From: an uncultured Oscillospiraceae bacterium
GTDB lineage: Bacteria; Bacillota; Clostridia; Oscillospirales; Oscillospiraceae
Assembly (NCBI GenBank): GCA_944387285.1
Contig: CALXEH010000001.1
Coordinates: forward strand, 9,880-73,879
Direction of reading: 5' to 3'
DNA: 64,000 nucleotides
Each line of letters starts with the position of its first letter. The first letter of the stretch is position 1. Shown here in pieces: positions 27,608 to 37,103 of this stretch. A program made the position numbers and the translations under genes. The notes under the pieces are model-generated. The model saw nothing but the letters and a program-made list of their open reading frames with translations. It was not told the DNA's origin and searched no databases.

Positions 27608-29004
27608 TCTCCTCTCAGATAGGCCTTCACGTCTTCCTCAATGGGGTCGTACAGGTCGGGCTTCACGCCGATATACTTGCAGGCCTCGTAGAGCACGGGG
27701 ACGACGTTCTTGTGTATGCCCACGCAGTGGTGGATGTACGGGCCCTCGACGACCTTCGCCTCGAGCCGCTTGATGTTCTCGACCTCTATCCAGAGGTAGG
27801 TGCCCATGCCGGTCGGCCCGTCCACGCCCTTGGCGTTGCCCAGCAGCAGGGAGTACTCGCCGTTGTCGCCGTCGAAGCGGGCCAGCGTCAGCTCGCCGTG
27901 CTTGGCCTCGGCGGTGATGGCGCCGGGGTAATCGAAGGCCAGAGGATAGGTGATGCAGGGCTTGCAGCCCGCCACGGACAGGGGCCAGGGGCCGCAGTGC
28001 TGCAGGAGCTCGCCGTTTTCTATGTCCGGATGCCGTATCGTCCAGTCGGCGAAGAAGCTGCGCGTCTCGTCGTTCGCCGCCGCCTCGACCAGCAGGGCCG
28101 TGATGGCGCCGTGGATGTCCGTCTCGCACACGACCGGGATGCCCTTGTCGTTGAGCAGCGCGTTCGCCGCGCAGGGCATGATGCCCAGCTCGCCCTGCAG
28201 GGCGTTCCAGCACTGGATGGCCGCCGCGCTGCAGTGGTACTGCTTCACCAGGCGCTCCATCGCCACCGCAAGGCCCGCAATGTTCGTCAGCTGCGCGTCG
28301 GAGACCTTGATCTCCATGTGCTCGCGGCAGTAGTCCATAGTCTTTTTGACCTCATCGCCCTCGGCGATGGCCTTCTTCACCTCGGCCGTCAGCTCCGGCA
28401 GCGGGATGGGCGCAAGCTGGACGTTGTACTTCTCCAGCAGCTCGCCCTCGTTGCACATCGTGCTCCAGAAATCAAAGGGCCTGGGGCCGATCTGCAGGAT
28501 GCGGATGTTCCGGAAGGTCTTGACCACGCTGCACACCGCCAGGAAGTCCCTCAGCCCGCGCTCGAACACGGGGTCGGACAGGCGGCAGTTCGTCAGGTAT
28601 GTAAAGGGCACCCCAAAGCGCCGCAGCACCTTGCCGGTAGCAAAAAGACCGCACTGCGTATCGCGGAGCCGCGTGCCGTCCGGCTCCGGCCTCTCGTCCA
28701 GAGGGCCCCAGAGCAGCACGGGCACGTCCAGGTCCTTTGCAAGCCTCGCGCAAAGGTACTCGGTGCCGAAATTGCAGTGCGCCAAAAGCAGGCCCTCGAC
28801 ACCCTCCGCGCGGAACTTCTCAAGTATCTTAAGCCTGTCGTCCTCGCTGTAAAGCAGGCCCTCCTCGTTGATGTCGTCAATGTCCACGAAATCTACGCCC
28901 AGTTCCTTCAAGCGCTGTGCCGTCAGGTTCCTGTACTTGACCGCGTCCGGCGCGCTGAAAATGCTGCGCCTGGTCGGAGCGAATCCCAATTTGATCTGCG
29001 CCAT
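27604..29004 (-). CDS. L-fucose/L-arabinose isomerase family protein (short form)
   Basis: 466 aa from the ATG at 29004. The N-terminus KLGFAPTRRSIFS and overall length match proteins annotated as fucose-isomerase-like. Substrate unknown. Confidence 0.65.
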   Translation of the reverse strand: MAQIKLGFAPTRRSIFSAPDAVKYRNLTAQRLKELGVDFVDIDDINEEGLLYSEDDRLKILEKFRAEGVEGLLLAHCNFGTEYLCARLAKDLDVPVLLWGPLDERPEPDGTRLRDTQCGLFATGKVLRRFGVPFTYLTNCRLSDPVFERGLRDFLAVCSVVKTFRNIRILQIGPRPFDFWSTMCNEGELLEKYNVQLAPIPLPELTAEVKKAIAEGDEVKKTMDYCREHMEIKVSDAQLTNIAGLAVAMERLVKQYHCSAAAIQCWNALQGELGIMPCAANALLNDKGIPVVCETDIHGAITALLVEAAANDETRSFFADWTIRHPDIENGELLQHCGPWPLSVAGCKPCITYPLAFDYPGAITAEAKHGELTLARFDGDNGEYSLLLGNAKGVDGPTGMGTYLWIEVENIKRLEAKVVEGPYIHHCVGIHKNVVPVLYEACKYIGVKPDLYDPIEEDVKAYLRGE

Positions 29005-29043
29005 ACTCAACAGCCTCACTTTTCAATTTTAATATCGATTTAG

Positions 29044-29072
29044 ATTATAAATATTTATATAAACATTGTCAA
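29044..29072 (-). promoter_or_regulatory. Consensus sigma-70 promoter of the sugar operon
   Basis: The minus strand reads TTGACA-17 nt-TATAAT, about 40 nt upstream of the ATG at 29004. A-T-rich AAATCGATATT lies just downstream and is a possible LacI-type operator half-palindrome. Confidence 0.65.
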
Positions 29073-29246
29073 GCAGATTTTGTTACTTCGCATTTTTTGT
29101 TTATTCGCACAATCAGAACCAAGCCGCTTTATGCAACATACTCAGGACAAAGCCCGTTTTTAAGCAGATTTAAGCACTTTGGAAGCCATCTATGCCTTTA
29201 GGCGGGACGGCGGCAGAACATAACTGTTATAATCTGGCGGGCGGCA

Positions 29247-29277
29247 GCAAAAAACCGCCCGCTTTTTGCGGACGGTT
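29247..29277 (-). terminator. Terminator of the LacI-family gene
   Basis: The minus strand reads AACCGTCCGC-AAAAA-GCGGGCGGTT followed by TTTTGC. An alternative pairing with GCGGGCGG at 29238-29245 is possible. Confidence 0.6.
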
Positions 29278-29302
29278 TATAAATTAATCTAAAACATTTA
29301 GC

Positions 29303-30325
29303 TCAACGGTGAGGCCCGTCTATGACGCTGTCGCGCTCGATGAACTCGGTGCAGCTCTCGATTTTGAAAATGCCGGTGTTGGGGTCGTCCATCATGGTGA
29401 TGAGGCGGCGCACGGCTTCCCAGCCCATGGAACGTTTGTTGACGTGTATGGTGGTGAGCGCGGGCGAGGAGACGGTGCAGTACGGCAGGTCGTCGAAGCC
29501 GACGATGGACACGTCCTCGGGCACGCGGCAGCCGCGCTCCTTGAGCGCGCGCATGACGCCGAAGGCGATGAGGTCGTTGTCCACGAAGAAGGCGCTGGGC
29601 AGGGTCGGCCCGGTGTCGAGGTATTGCAGCATGCCCACATAGGCGCTGTCGGTCTTGGTGCCGACGGTGACGCACCAGTCGGGGTTGAGCTCTATGCCGT
29701 GCTCGACCAGCGCCTGCCTGTAGCCGCACTCGCGCGCCTGGAAGGCCTTGATGCGGAACGAGCCGCGCACATAGCCGATCTCGCGGTGGCCGCGTTCTAT
29801 TAAATAATGTACCGCGTTCTGCGCGGAATCTATGTTGTTTATCAGCACGCCGTTGAAGGGCTGGCGCTCGCACCAGCCGTCAAGCAGGATGAGCGGGCAC
29901 TTGCAGTTGAGGTAGAGGTCAAAATCCTCCTCCAGCATCTCGGTGGCCAGCAGTATCACCCCGCCGTTGGAGTCGGAGATTATCTGGCTCACCTGCTCGG
30001 CATAGTCCGGCGCGGAATAGTTGAGCCGGATGTAGATTGTCGCCAGCCCGTTCTCGCGCGCGGCCTCCTCCACGCCCTCGATGACCGCGGGATGGAAGGG
30101 GCTGTCGTCGATTATGCCGCCGTTGCGCCGGAACTGCACGAACTTGATGCTCTTGAGGCTCTTGGAGCCGGTGAAATAGCCCAGCTCGCCCGCCACCTGG
30201 AATATCCGCTCCGCCGTCTCCTTGTTCACGCCCCGCTTCATGTTCAGCGCGTTGGACACCGTCGCCGGTGAAAAGCCCGTTATCTCGCTTATGCGCTTCA
30301 CGCTCGGTCTGTTGCCGGTTTTCAT
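29303..30325 (-). CDS. LacI-family transcriptional regulator
   Basis: 340 aa with an N-terminal HTH (VKRISEITGFSPATVSNALN) and a periplasmic-binding-fold effector domain. Confidence 0.9.
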   Translation of the reverse strand: MKTGNRPSVKRISEITGFSPATVSNALNMKRGVNKETAERIFQVAGELGYFTGSKSLKSIKFVQFRRNGGIIDDSPFHPAVIEGVEEAARENGLATIYIRLNYSAPDYAEQVSQIISDSNGGVILLATEMLEEDFDLYLNCKCPLILLDGWCERQPFNGVLINNIDSAQNAVHYLIERGHREIGYVRGSFRIKAFQARECGYRQALVEHGIELNPDWCVTVGTKTDSAYVGMLQYLDTGPTLPSAFFVDNDLIAFGVMRALKERGCRVPEDVSIVGFDDLPYCTVSSPALTTIHVNKRSMGWEAVRRLITMMDDPNTGIFKIESCTEFIERDSVIDGPHR

Positions 30326-30454
30326 AAACTCACCTAAACCACTTTAGTTTTGATTAGCTAAATTTATTATATTGCTTCATAAATCAATTTGCAACTATTT
30401 TTATATACTAAATATAATTCAGCCGTCCTCAAAATAACTCAGCCGTCCGCGCAT

Positions 30455-30478
30455 AAAAAAAGGGAGGCCGGGCCTCCC
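30455..30478 (-). terminator. Rho-independent terminator of ftsH
   Basis: The minus strand reads GGGAGGCC-C-GGCCTCCC followed by TTTTTTT, 11 nt after the ftsH stop. Confidence 0.8.
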
Positions 30479-30489
30479 TTTCCTGCATT

Positions 30490-32307
30490 TCAGGCGTTTA
30501 GTATGCGCATGAATTCCTCGCCGGTGATGCTTTCCCTTTCGTAGAGGGTGCCGGCTATCTCGTCGAGCTTGGCGCGGTTGTCGCTGAGTATCTTTTTGGC
30601 CTTGGCGTGCTGGGTCTCGATGAGCTTGGAGACGGCGCGGTCGATGGCGGTCTGGGTCTCGGGCGAGCAGGACAGCGAGCTGTCGCCGCCGAGGTAGCGG
30701 TTCTGTACGGTCTCCATGGCGGTCATGCCGAATTCGTCGCTCATGCCGTACTGGGTTATCATGGCGCGGGCGATCTTGGTAGCCTGCTCGATGTCGTTGG
30801 AGGCGCCGGTGGTGACGAGGCCGAAGACCAGCTCCTCCGCGGCCCTGCCGCCGGTGAAGGTGGCGATGCGGTTTTCGAGCTCCTCGCGGCTCATGAGGTA
30901 GTGGTTGCCCTCCTCGACCTGCATGGTGTAGCCCAGGGCGCCGGAGGTGCGCGGGACTATGGTTATCTTCTGCACAGGGGCGGAGTTGGTCTGCTTTGCG
31001 GCGACCAGGGCGTGGCCGACCTCGTGGTAGGCGACGACCTTCTTTTCCGCGTCGGTGAGGATGGCGTTTTTCTTCTGGTAGCCGGCGATGACAGTCTCGA
31101 TGCTCTCCTCGAAGTCGGCCTCGTTCGCCGCGCCGCGGCCCGTGCGGACAGCGCGCAGCGCCGCCTCGTTGATGATGTTGGCCAGTTCCGCGCCGGAAGC
31201 GCCGGAGGCCATGCGGGCTATCTTGTTGAAGTCCACGTCGTCGGTGTATTTTATCTTCCGGGCGTGGACCTTGAGTATCTCCTCCCTGCCCTTGAGGTCG
31301 GGCAGCTCCACGGGCACGCGCCGGTCGAAACGGCCCGGGCGGGTGAGCGCGGGGTCGAGGGAATCGGGCCGGTTCGTGGCGGCCAGCAGCATGACGCCGC
31401 TGTTTTCCTCAAAGCCGTCCATCTCGGTGAGCAGCTGGTTGAGGGTCTGCTCGCGCTCGTCGTTGCCGCCGATCTGGTTGTCGCGCTTTTTGCCGATGGC
31501 GTCTATCTCGTCGATAAAGACGATGCAGGGCGTCTTGGCCTTGGCCTGCTTGAAGAGGTCGCGCACCTTCGCCGCGCCCATGCCGACGAACATCTCCACG
31601 AATTCGGAGCCGGACATGGAGAAGAAAGGCACGTTCGCCTCGCCCGCGACGGCCTTGGCGAGCATGGTCTTGCCGGTCCCCGGAGGGCCGACGAGCAGTA
31701 TGCCCTTGGGCATGGCCGCGCCGACCTCGCGGTATTTCCCGGGGTTGTGGAGGTAGTCCACGACCTCGGCCAGGGCCTCCTTGGCCTCGTCCTCACCGGC
31801 GACGTCGGAGAACTTGATGCCCTCGGAGGACTTGACGTAGACCTTGGCGCTGGACTTGCCCATGCCGAAAGCCAGGCTGTTCGGCCCGCCGGCCTTCTCC
31901 ATCAGCTTCTTTGACATGTACTGCCCCAGCCAGATGAACACCAGGATGGGCAGCACCCAGGAGAGCAGGAAGGTCAAGAAGGGCGAGGCCTGCTCGATTA
32001 TCTCGCCGCTGAACTTGGCGCCGGAGTCGAGCAGCCGCTGCGTGAGCTCGGGGTCGTCCACCATGCCGGTCTTGTAGATGGCGGTGCCGTCCGAGTTCGT
32101 GAACAGGATGCGGTTTTCGCTCTGCTGCAGCTCCACCTGGCCTATCTCGCCCGCGTTGGCCATGGAGACGAAGGTGTTGTAGTCCACCTCCTGTATCCTG
32201 CGCTCGGCCATCAGGGGCATGCACAGGAAGTTGAACACCAGCAGCACCAGCAGGACGATGACGTAATAATAGATCAGCGGTCTTTTGGGTTTTTTCACTT
32301 CATTCAT
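30490..32307 (-). CDS. ftsH: ATP-dependent zinc metalloprotease FtsH
   Basis: 605 aa with an N-terminal TM, AAA+ Walker [18 protein letters not shown], the SRH, and Zn motif HEVGHAL. Confidence 0.95.
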   Translation of the reverse strand: MNEVKKPKRPLIYYYVIVLLVLLVFNFLCMPLMAERRIQEVDYNTFVSMANAGEIGQVELQQSENRILFTNSDGTAIYKTGMVDDPELTQRLLDSGAKFSGEIIEQASPFLTFLLSWVLPILVFIWLGQYMSKKLMEKAGGPNSLAFGMGKSSAKVYVKSSEGIKFSDVAGEDEAKEALAEVVDYLHNPGKYREVGAAMPKGILLVGPPGTGKTMLAKAVAGEANVPFFSMSGSEFVEMFVGMGAAKVRDLFKQAKAKTPCIVFIDEIDAIGKKRDNQIGGNDEREQTLNQLLTEMDGFEENSGVMLLAATNRPDSLDPALTRPGRFDRRVPVELPDLKGREEILKVHARKIKYTDDVDFNKIARMASGASGAELANIINEAALRAVRTGRGAANEADFEESIETVIAGYQKKNAILTDAEKKVVAYHEVGHALVAAKQTNSAPVQKITIVPRTSGALGYTMQVEEGNHYLMSREELENRIATFTGGRAAEELVFGLVTTGASNDIEQATKIARAMITQYGMSDEFGMTAMETVQNRYLGGDSSLSCSPETQTAIDRAVSKLIETQHAKAKKILSDNRAKLDEIAGTLYERESITGEEFMRILNA

Positions 32308-32427
32308 ATGTAATACCTCGCAGTCATAATTCAGGTCATGATATTCTACCCGAAGACCGCGAGGTATTCCATGTGCAGCTTTGCAGTTTTGTCCTTACAC
32401 TTTGCGCGATTTGTAAGCCTGGCGGGC

Positions 32428-32952
32428 TCAGTCCTTCTCGCCGAGCATGCGCAGCAGCTGTTCGGCCAGCTCTTCGGGGTCGAGGTTCGGGTCGCCGCAG
32501 TGCTCGAACAGCACCCCGGCCAGGCCGAAGCTGAGAAAGTCCAGGGCGAGCCCGGCGTCGCGGTACTTGGCGCGCAGATGTGCCGGGCTGCGGCTGAGCA
32601 CCTCCTCGAGGTAGACGTGCATGGCGCGGAAGAGCAGCCGCTCGACCTGTTCACGGCGCTGCGAGTCGATGAGCTTCCTGTACAGGACGCGGTTTTCCGC
32701 CGTAGAGCGTATGAGCTCGGCCAGCGCGGCCTTGGCCGAACCGGCCTTCAGGCAGCGTTCGACCATCTGCTCCACCTTGCGGTCGAGCGTCCACTCCACC
32801 ACGTCCATGAGGTCCTGGAAGTGGTAATAAAACGTCTGCCGCGAGATGCCGCAGTCCTCTATGAGCGCCGTAACGGTCACGCGGTCGATGCCGCGCTGCC
32901 TGACCAGCGCAAAAAAATGCTCCGCAATGAGCTTCTTCATATCCGCCGCCAT
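32428..32952 (-). CDS. TetR/AcrR-family transcriptional regulator
   Basis: 174 aa with HTH region GIDRVTVTALIEDCGISRQTFYYHFQD. Confidence 0.85.
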   Translation of the reverse strand: MAADMKKLIAEHFFALVRQRGIDRVTVTALIEDCGISRQTFYYHFQDLMDVVEWTLDRKVEQMVERCLKAGSAKAALAELIRSTAENRVLYRKLIDSQRREQVERLLFRAMHVYLEEVLSRSPAHLRAKYRDAGLALDFLSFGLAGVLFEHCGDPNLDPEELAEQLLRMLGEKD

Positions 32953-32999
32953 AGTCTCCAGCCTCCTTTGCCCCAGTATAACACAAAACCCGACACAGT

Positions 33000-33030
33000 A
33001 AAAGAGCTCCCCGTATCCGGGGAGCTTTTT
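33000..33030. terminator. Bidirectional-looking terminator after the histidine kinase gene
   Basis: AAAA-GAGCTCCCCG-TATC-CGGGGAGCT-TTTTT. Confidence 0.7.
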
Positions 33031-33031
33031 A

Positions 33032-34714
33032 TCAGGCCAGGGGCAGCCTTATCTCGGCTTTGAAGAGGTCGCCGTCGGTGCTTATGGAGAACTCGCCGTG
33101 TTGGAGCTCGGTCAGGCTCTTGGCTATGTTCAGGCCGAGGCCGCTGCCTTCCGTGTGCCTCGAGGCGTCGCCGCGCACAAAACGCTCCATCAGCTCCTCC
33201 GCGCTCACGTTCAGCGCCGCGCGGGAGATGTTCTTCATGGATAACACCGCCGCCGCGCCCTCTGTCCGCACGTCCACATACACCCGAGTGTCCGGCAGCG
33301 CGTACTTCACCACGTTGTTGAACAGGTTGTCGATGACCCGCCAGAGCAGCCGCCCGTCCGCCATCACCACCGGCGCCGGCTCCGGGATGCTTATCACCGT
33401 GTTCAGCCGCCCGGCCTCGAGCTTGGCGCTGTACTCGCCGTAGCTCTGGTTTATGATCTCCTGCGTGTTCGTCGGCACGAGATTCACCGTCATGTTGCCC
33501 GTGGACGCCTTCGACGCCTCCACCAGGTCCTCCGTCAGCTTCTTGAGCCGCTGCGACTGCCGCCCGAGCACGTCCAGGTACTCAGCCCGCTCCTCCTCCG
33601 TCTTCGCCTTCTGCAGCAGGTCGGCGTAGTTGATGATGGACGTCAGCGGGGTCTTGATATCGTGCGAGACGTTCGTTATCAGCTCGGTCTTGAGCCGCTC
33701 GGACTTCATGCGCTGGGCAACCTCTTTCGCCAGGCCGTCGCCGATGCTGTTGAGGTTCTCGGCGTGGGCCTTGAACTCCCAGTACATGTGCGCGGTGTCT
33801 ATCTTCTCGTCGAACCTGCCCTCGGCGAGCTGCTGCCCGGCCTTTTTGATGGCCTTCATCTGCCACGCGCCGAAGATGGCCGCGGCGTATATGACGATGG
33901 AAAACAGAAGCCCCACGAGCAGCCAGACGCCGCTGCTGTCGTACATCAGTATGAAAAGCACGAAGGCAATAAGGAACAGCCCCAGCATGATCAGCGCCGT
34001 GCGCCAGACGATGGGTATCATGCGCCCGAAGCGCCCGATGCCGTGCCAGACGGCCTTGATAACGCGCCAGATAAGGCGCAGGACGCGGTAGATGACGGTG
34101 TTCCGCCACCACTTGCCGCACTTGACGCGCGTTGCAAAACTCAGCAGCAGCGCGAGGATGAGGCCGAAGGCGACGCACAGGACGAACACGCCGAGGAAGA
34201 CGTACTGCATGATGGCGGTGTATCCGCTCGGCATAATGTTGACCATACTTTCACCGACGACGAATATCAGGAAAAAGTCTGCCAAGGCGACGGCTGCGGC
34301 GTATAAATCAAGAGGTATGCGGTCAATAAGATTCAGACGCGGCTCGGTCTCGCCCCTTCGGTGCCCGGCTGCGCAGAACAGGAAGATCGTGCAGGCCAGC
34401 ATCAGCAGCAGAAACACCACGCCAACGTAGACGCTCGCGCCGCAGAAGCCGGACACATTCCACACTATGCGGGCGACGGTCATCGCGCCCGGCTGGGTAT
34501 AGTCAAGGTTTATCAGCACATATTCCTTTATATATTCGGCGTCGCCCCAGCCGGATACGCTTGCCGCGTAGCAGGCGGCGCAGATAAGCACGCAGATAAG
34601 CGACACATACAGCAGCACGATAGCGCCGACCTTGGCCCAGGTGCTGTGCGTGAGCTTCACGCGCTCCTTCGGCGGTTTTTCAGTATCAACAGGTATCACT
34701 TCGTCGTCCATCAC
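33032..34714 (-). CDS. Sensor histidine kinase with long polytopic N-terminal region
   Basis: 560 aa. The first ~300 aa are strongly hydrophobic with multiple TM segments. Motifs: H-box VSHDIKTPLTSIINYADLL, N-box NLFNNVVKYA, G-box GSGLGLNIAKSL. ATGA overlap with the response-regulator stop. Confidence 0.88.
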   Translation of the reverse strand: MMDDEVIPVDTEKPPKERVKLTHSTWAKVGAIVLLYVSLICVLICAACYAASVSGWGDAEYIKEYVLINLDYTQPGAMTVARIVWNVSGFCGASVYVGVVFLLLMLACTIFLFCAAGHRRGETEPRLNLIDRIPLDLYAAAVALADFFLIFVVGESMVNIMPSGYTAIMQYVFLGVFVLCVAFGLILALLLSFATRVKCGKWWRNTVIYRVLRLIWRVIKAVWHGIGRFGRMIPIVWRTALIMLGLFLIAFVLFILMYDSSGVWLLVGLLFSIVIYAAAIFGAWQMKAIKKAGQQLAEGRFDEKIDTAHMYWEFKAHAENLNSIGDGLAKEVAQRMKSERLKTELITNVSHDIKTPLTSIINYADLLQKAKTEEERAEYLDVLGRQSQRLKKLTEDLVEASKASTGNMTVNLVPTNTQEIINQSYGEYSAKLEAGRLNTVISIPEPAPVVMADGRLLWRVIDNLFNNVVKYALPDTRVYVDVRTEGAAAVLSMKNISRAALNVSAEELMERFVRGDASRHTEGSGLGLNIAKSLTELQHGEFSISTDGDLFKAEIRLPLA

Positions 34715-35412
34715 TTTTTGCCCTCCATCTTGTAGCCCTGGCCCCAGACGACCTTGATATAGCGCGGGTCGCTGGGGTTTATTTCGATTTTCTCCCTGAG
34801 GTGGCGGATATGGACTGCGACGGCGCTCTCGGAGCCGTAGGCGTTCTCATTCCAGACGAGCTCGTATATCTGGGTGGACGAGAACACGCGGTTCGGGTTG
34901 CGCATGAGCAGCTTGAGAATGTTGTACTCGATGGGCGTGAGCTGCACGGCTTCGCCGTCTACGGTGACGGACTTCTCCGCGTCATTGAGCTCGACGCCGC
35001 CGATGGTGATGGTATCCTTCGGCTGCTCGCGCTTGACCTGCCCACCGAGGCGGGTATAGCGCCGGAGCTGGCTGCGGACCCTCGCCTGTACCTCGATGGG
35101 GTCGAAGGGCTTGGTCACATAGTCGTCCGCGCCGACGTTCAGGCCCAGCACCTTGTCCGAGCTCTCGCTCTTGGCCGTGAGCAGTATGACCGGGATGTTA
35201 TACTCCTCCCGCAGCTTTGCCGTGGCCGCGATGCCGTCCATCTCGGGCATCATGACGTCCATGAGCACGAGGTCGATGTCGTACTTCTTCACGCAGTCGA
35301 GCGCCTGCCTGCCCGTGAACGCGGTGTATATCTTGTAATCCTCGTTCGACAGGTAGATCTTCAGCGCCGAGACGATATCCGCATCGTCGTCGCAAATCAG
35401 GATGTTAGCCAT
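34711..35412 (-). CDS. OmpR-family response regulator
   Basis: 233 aa with receiver ILICDDD...DLVLMDVMMPEMDG and a winged-helix C-terminus (YIKVVWGQGYK). Confidence 0.92.
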   Translation of the reverse strand: MANILICDDDADIVSALKIYLSNEDYKIYTAFTGRQALDCVKKYDIDLVLMDVMMPEMDGIAATAKLREEYNIPVILLTAKSESSDKVLGLNVGADDYVTKPFDPIEVQARVRSQLRRYTRLGGQVKREQPKDTITIGGVELNDAEKSVTVDGEAVQLTPIEYNILKLLMRNPNRVFSSTQIYELVWNENAYGSESAVAVHIRHLREKIEINPSDPRYIKVVWGQGYKMEGKK

Positions 35413-35529
35413 ATCCTCACCTCACGGGTACATTGTAACTCAAAGGGCGTTTAAGATAAAAGAGGGCGATTGTTTAAGATGTGGTTAAGAATGCGCCCAG
35501 CGGTGACGTTCTCGCGCCGGTCCTTACGT

Positions 35530-35546
35530 CCCCGCCCCTACAGGGG
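35530..35546. repeat. Dispersed copy of the REP-like motif
   Basis: CCCCGCCCCTACAGGGG is the reverse complement of GTAGGGGCGGGG, the motif seen three times at 11.29-11.42 kb. Confidence 0.5.
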
Positions 35547-35593
35547 TTGGGTGCGTTGACGTGGCCGTGTGCGCTGTCGTGGCCCTGCGCGGG

Positions 35594-36364
35594 TCACATA
35601 TAGAAGCGTTCGGGCTGGGCGTGGGCCGACACCATTACCTCAAGGCCGGGGAAATCGGTCTCGAGCCATGTTTTCAGCACCGGCACCACAACATTTTCTG
35701 TGGGGTAGTGCCCGGCGTCGATGAGGTTTATTCCGGCCTCGTTCGCGGCTATGAACTGGTGGTGCTTCACGTCCGCGGTGAGGTATGTGTCGCAGCCTGC
35801 GGCTATGGCGAGCTCCAGGTCGCCCGCGCCCGCGCCGCCGCAGAGGCCAAGGCGCTTGACCGGCTTTTCCGGCCCGGCGTATCTCAGCCCGTTCGCGCCC
35901 AGGCGCTCCTTCACCAGCGCCAGGAACGCGCCGAACCCCATCTCCTCCGGCAGCTCGCACAGGCGGCTGACGTTCTCCTCCTTGTTGAGCTTATCCAGCA
36001 CCGTCGCGCCCAGGGCCGCCGCCAGCGCGTCGTTGACCCCGCCCTCGGCCGCGTCCAGGTTCGTGTGCATGCAGATGGCCGACATGCCCGCCTCAACGAT
36101 GGCGAGGAATTTCCGCTCCGCCGCACCGGAGTCCGTCACGCTCTTGACGCCCTCGAAGGTCAGCGGGTGGTGCGACACTATGAGCTGCGCGCCCAGGGCC
36201 GCCGCCTCGCCTATCACCGCGTCCGTGATGTCCAGCGTCACCAGCACGCGGCCCACTTCCCTGTCCGAGCGCCCGGCCAGGTGGCCCACGTTGTCAAAGC
36301 CCATCTTCAGCCCCACCGGCGCGCGGGCGTCCAGCGCCTTGAAGACCTCGCTCGTCCTTACCAT
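35594..36364 (-). CDS. Nif3-like dinuclear metal centre protein (YqfO/GTP cyclohydrolase I type 2 family)
   Basis: 256 aa with LIVSHHP, CMHTNLD and GHYPTE motifs. It follows trmK as in Bacillus yqfN-yqfO. Confidence 0.85.
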   Translation of the reverse strand: MVRTSEVFKALDARAPVGLKMGFDNVGHLAGRSDREVGRVLVTLDITDAVIGEAAALGAQLIVSHHPLTFEGVKSVTDSGAAERKFLAIVEAGMSAICMHTNLDAAEGGVNDALAAALGATVLDKLNKEENVSRLCELPEEMGFGAFLALVKERLGANGLRYAGPEKPVKRLGLCGGAGAGDLELAIAAGCDTYLTADVKHHQFIAANEAGINLIDAGHYPTENVVVPVLKTWLETDFPGLEVMVSAHAQPERFYM

Positions 36365-36368
36365 GTTG

Positions 36369-37034
36369 TCACAGCTCCTTCCTCAGCTTGCAGAGCCTCG
36401 CGCAGACCTCGCGCTGCTCCGACGTGTCCCTGGGCGTCTGCGCGCTCTCGAGCCCGTGCAGCGCCCTCTGCGCGGCGTCCAGCCGCATATCCAGCCAGCG
36501 GGCCAGCAGCGGGTCGGCCCGCAGGTATTCCTCCGCGTACACGCCGCCGCCGCGGCCCGGGCCCGCCTCAAGGGCGACGTACAGCCGCACGCCCTCGGCC
36601 GCAAGCGCCGCGCGCCTTATGCCGCAGCCCGACGCATACAGCCAGCGGCACAGCTCGTCCAGCTTCGACTGCGGCTGCAGCACCAGCCTCGGCCCGCAGA
36701 GCGACCAGGGCGAGCGCCCCAGTATGCCCTGTATCGTCTCGCCGCCCATGCCCGCTATCACTATCACGTCCGCCTCCTGCGCGCCCTCGAAGTCCAGGCC
36801 GTCACACAGCTCGAAGCGTATCCGCCCCTCAAGCCCGAAGTCGGACGCGGTCTGCCGCGCGGCGGAGAGCGGCCCGCGGTTTATATCCGTCGCCGCGACG
36901 CGCCCTGCCCTGCCGTTTTGCAGCAGCCACACCGCCAGCCGGCCGTGGTCCGTGCCCACGTCCACCGCAAAGCCGCCCTCGCCCGCCAGCCGGGCCGCCA
37001 TCGCCAGCCGCGGCGTTAGTTTCAGTTTCTCCAC
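36369..37034 (-). CDS. trmK: tRNA (adenine22-N1)-methyltransferase
   Basis: Matching blocks: LKLTPRLAMAARL, VDVGTDHGRLAVWLL, ATDINRGPL. I preferred the GTG at 37034 (RBS GGAG, 6-nt spacer) to the ATG at 37082; the start is uncertain. Confidence 0.8.
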   Translation of the reverse strand: MEKLKLTPRLAMAARLAGEGGFAVDVGTDHGRLAVWLLQNGRAGRVAATDINRGPLSAARQTASDFGLEGRIRFELCDGLDFEGAQEADVIVIAGMGGETIQGILGRSPWSLCGPRLVLQPQSKLDELCRWLYASGCGIRRAALAAEGVRLYVALEAGPGRGGGVYAEEYLRADPLLARWLDMRLDAAQRALHGLESAQTPRDTSEQREVCARLCKLRKEL

Positions 37035-37103
37035 TTTTTTCTCCTGCTGCACAAAATGGCTCCCCTTATGCAGGGGAGCCATGCGTCTTTGCTCGCTCCG
37101 GGC

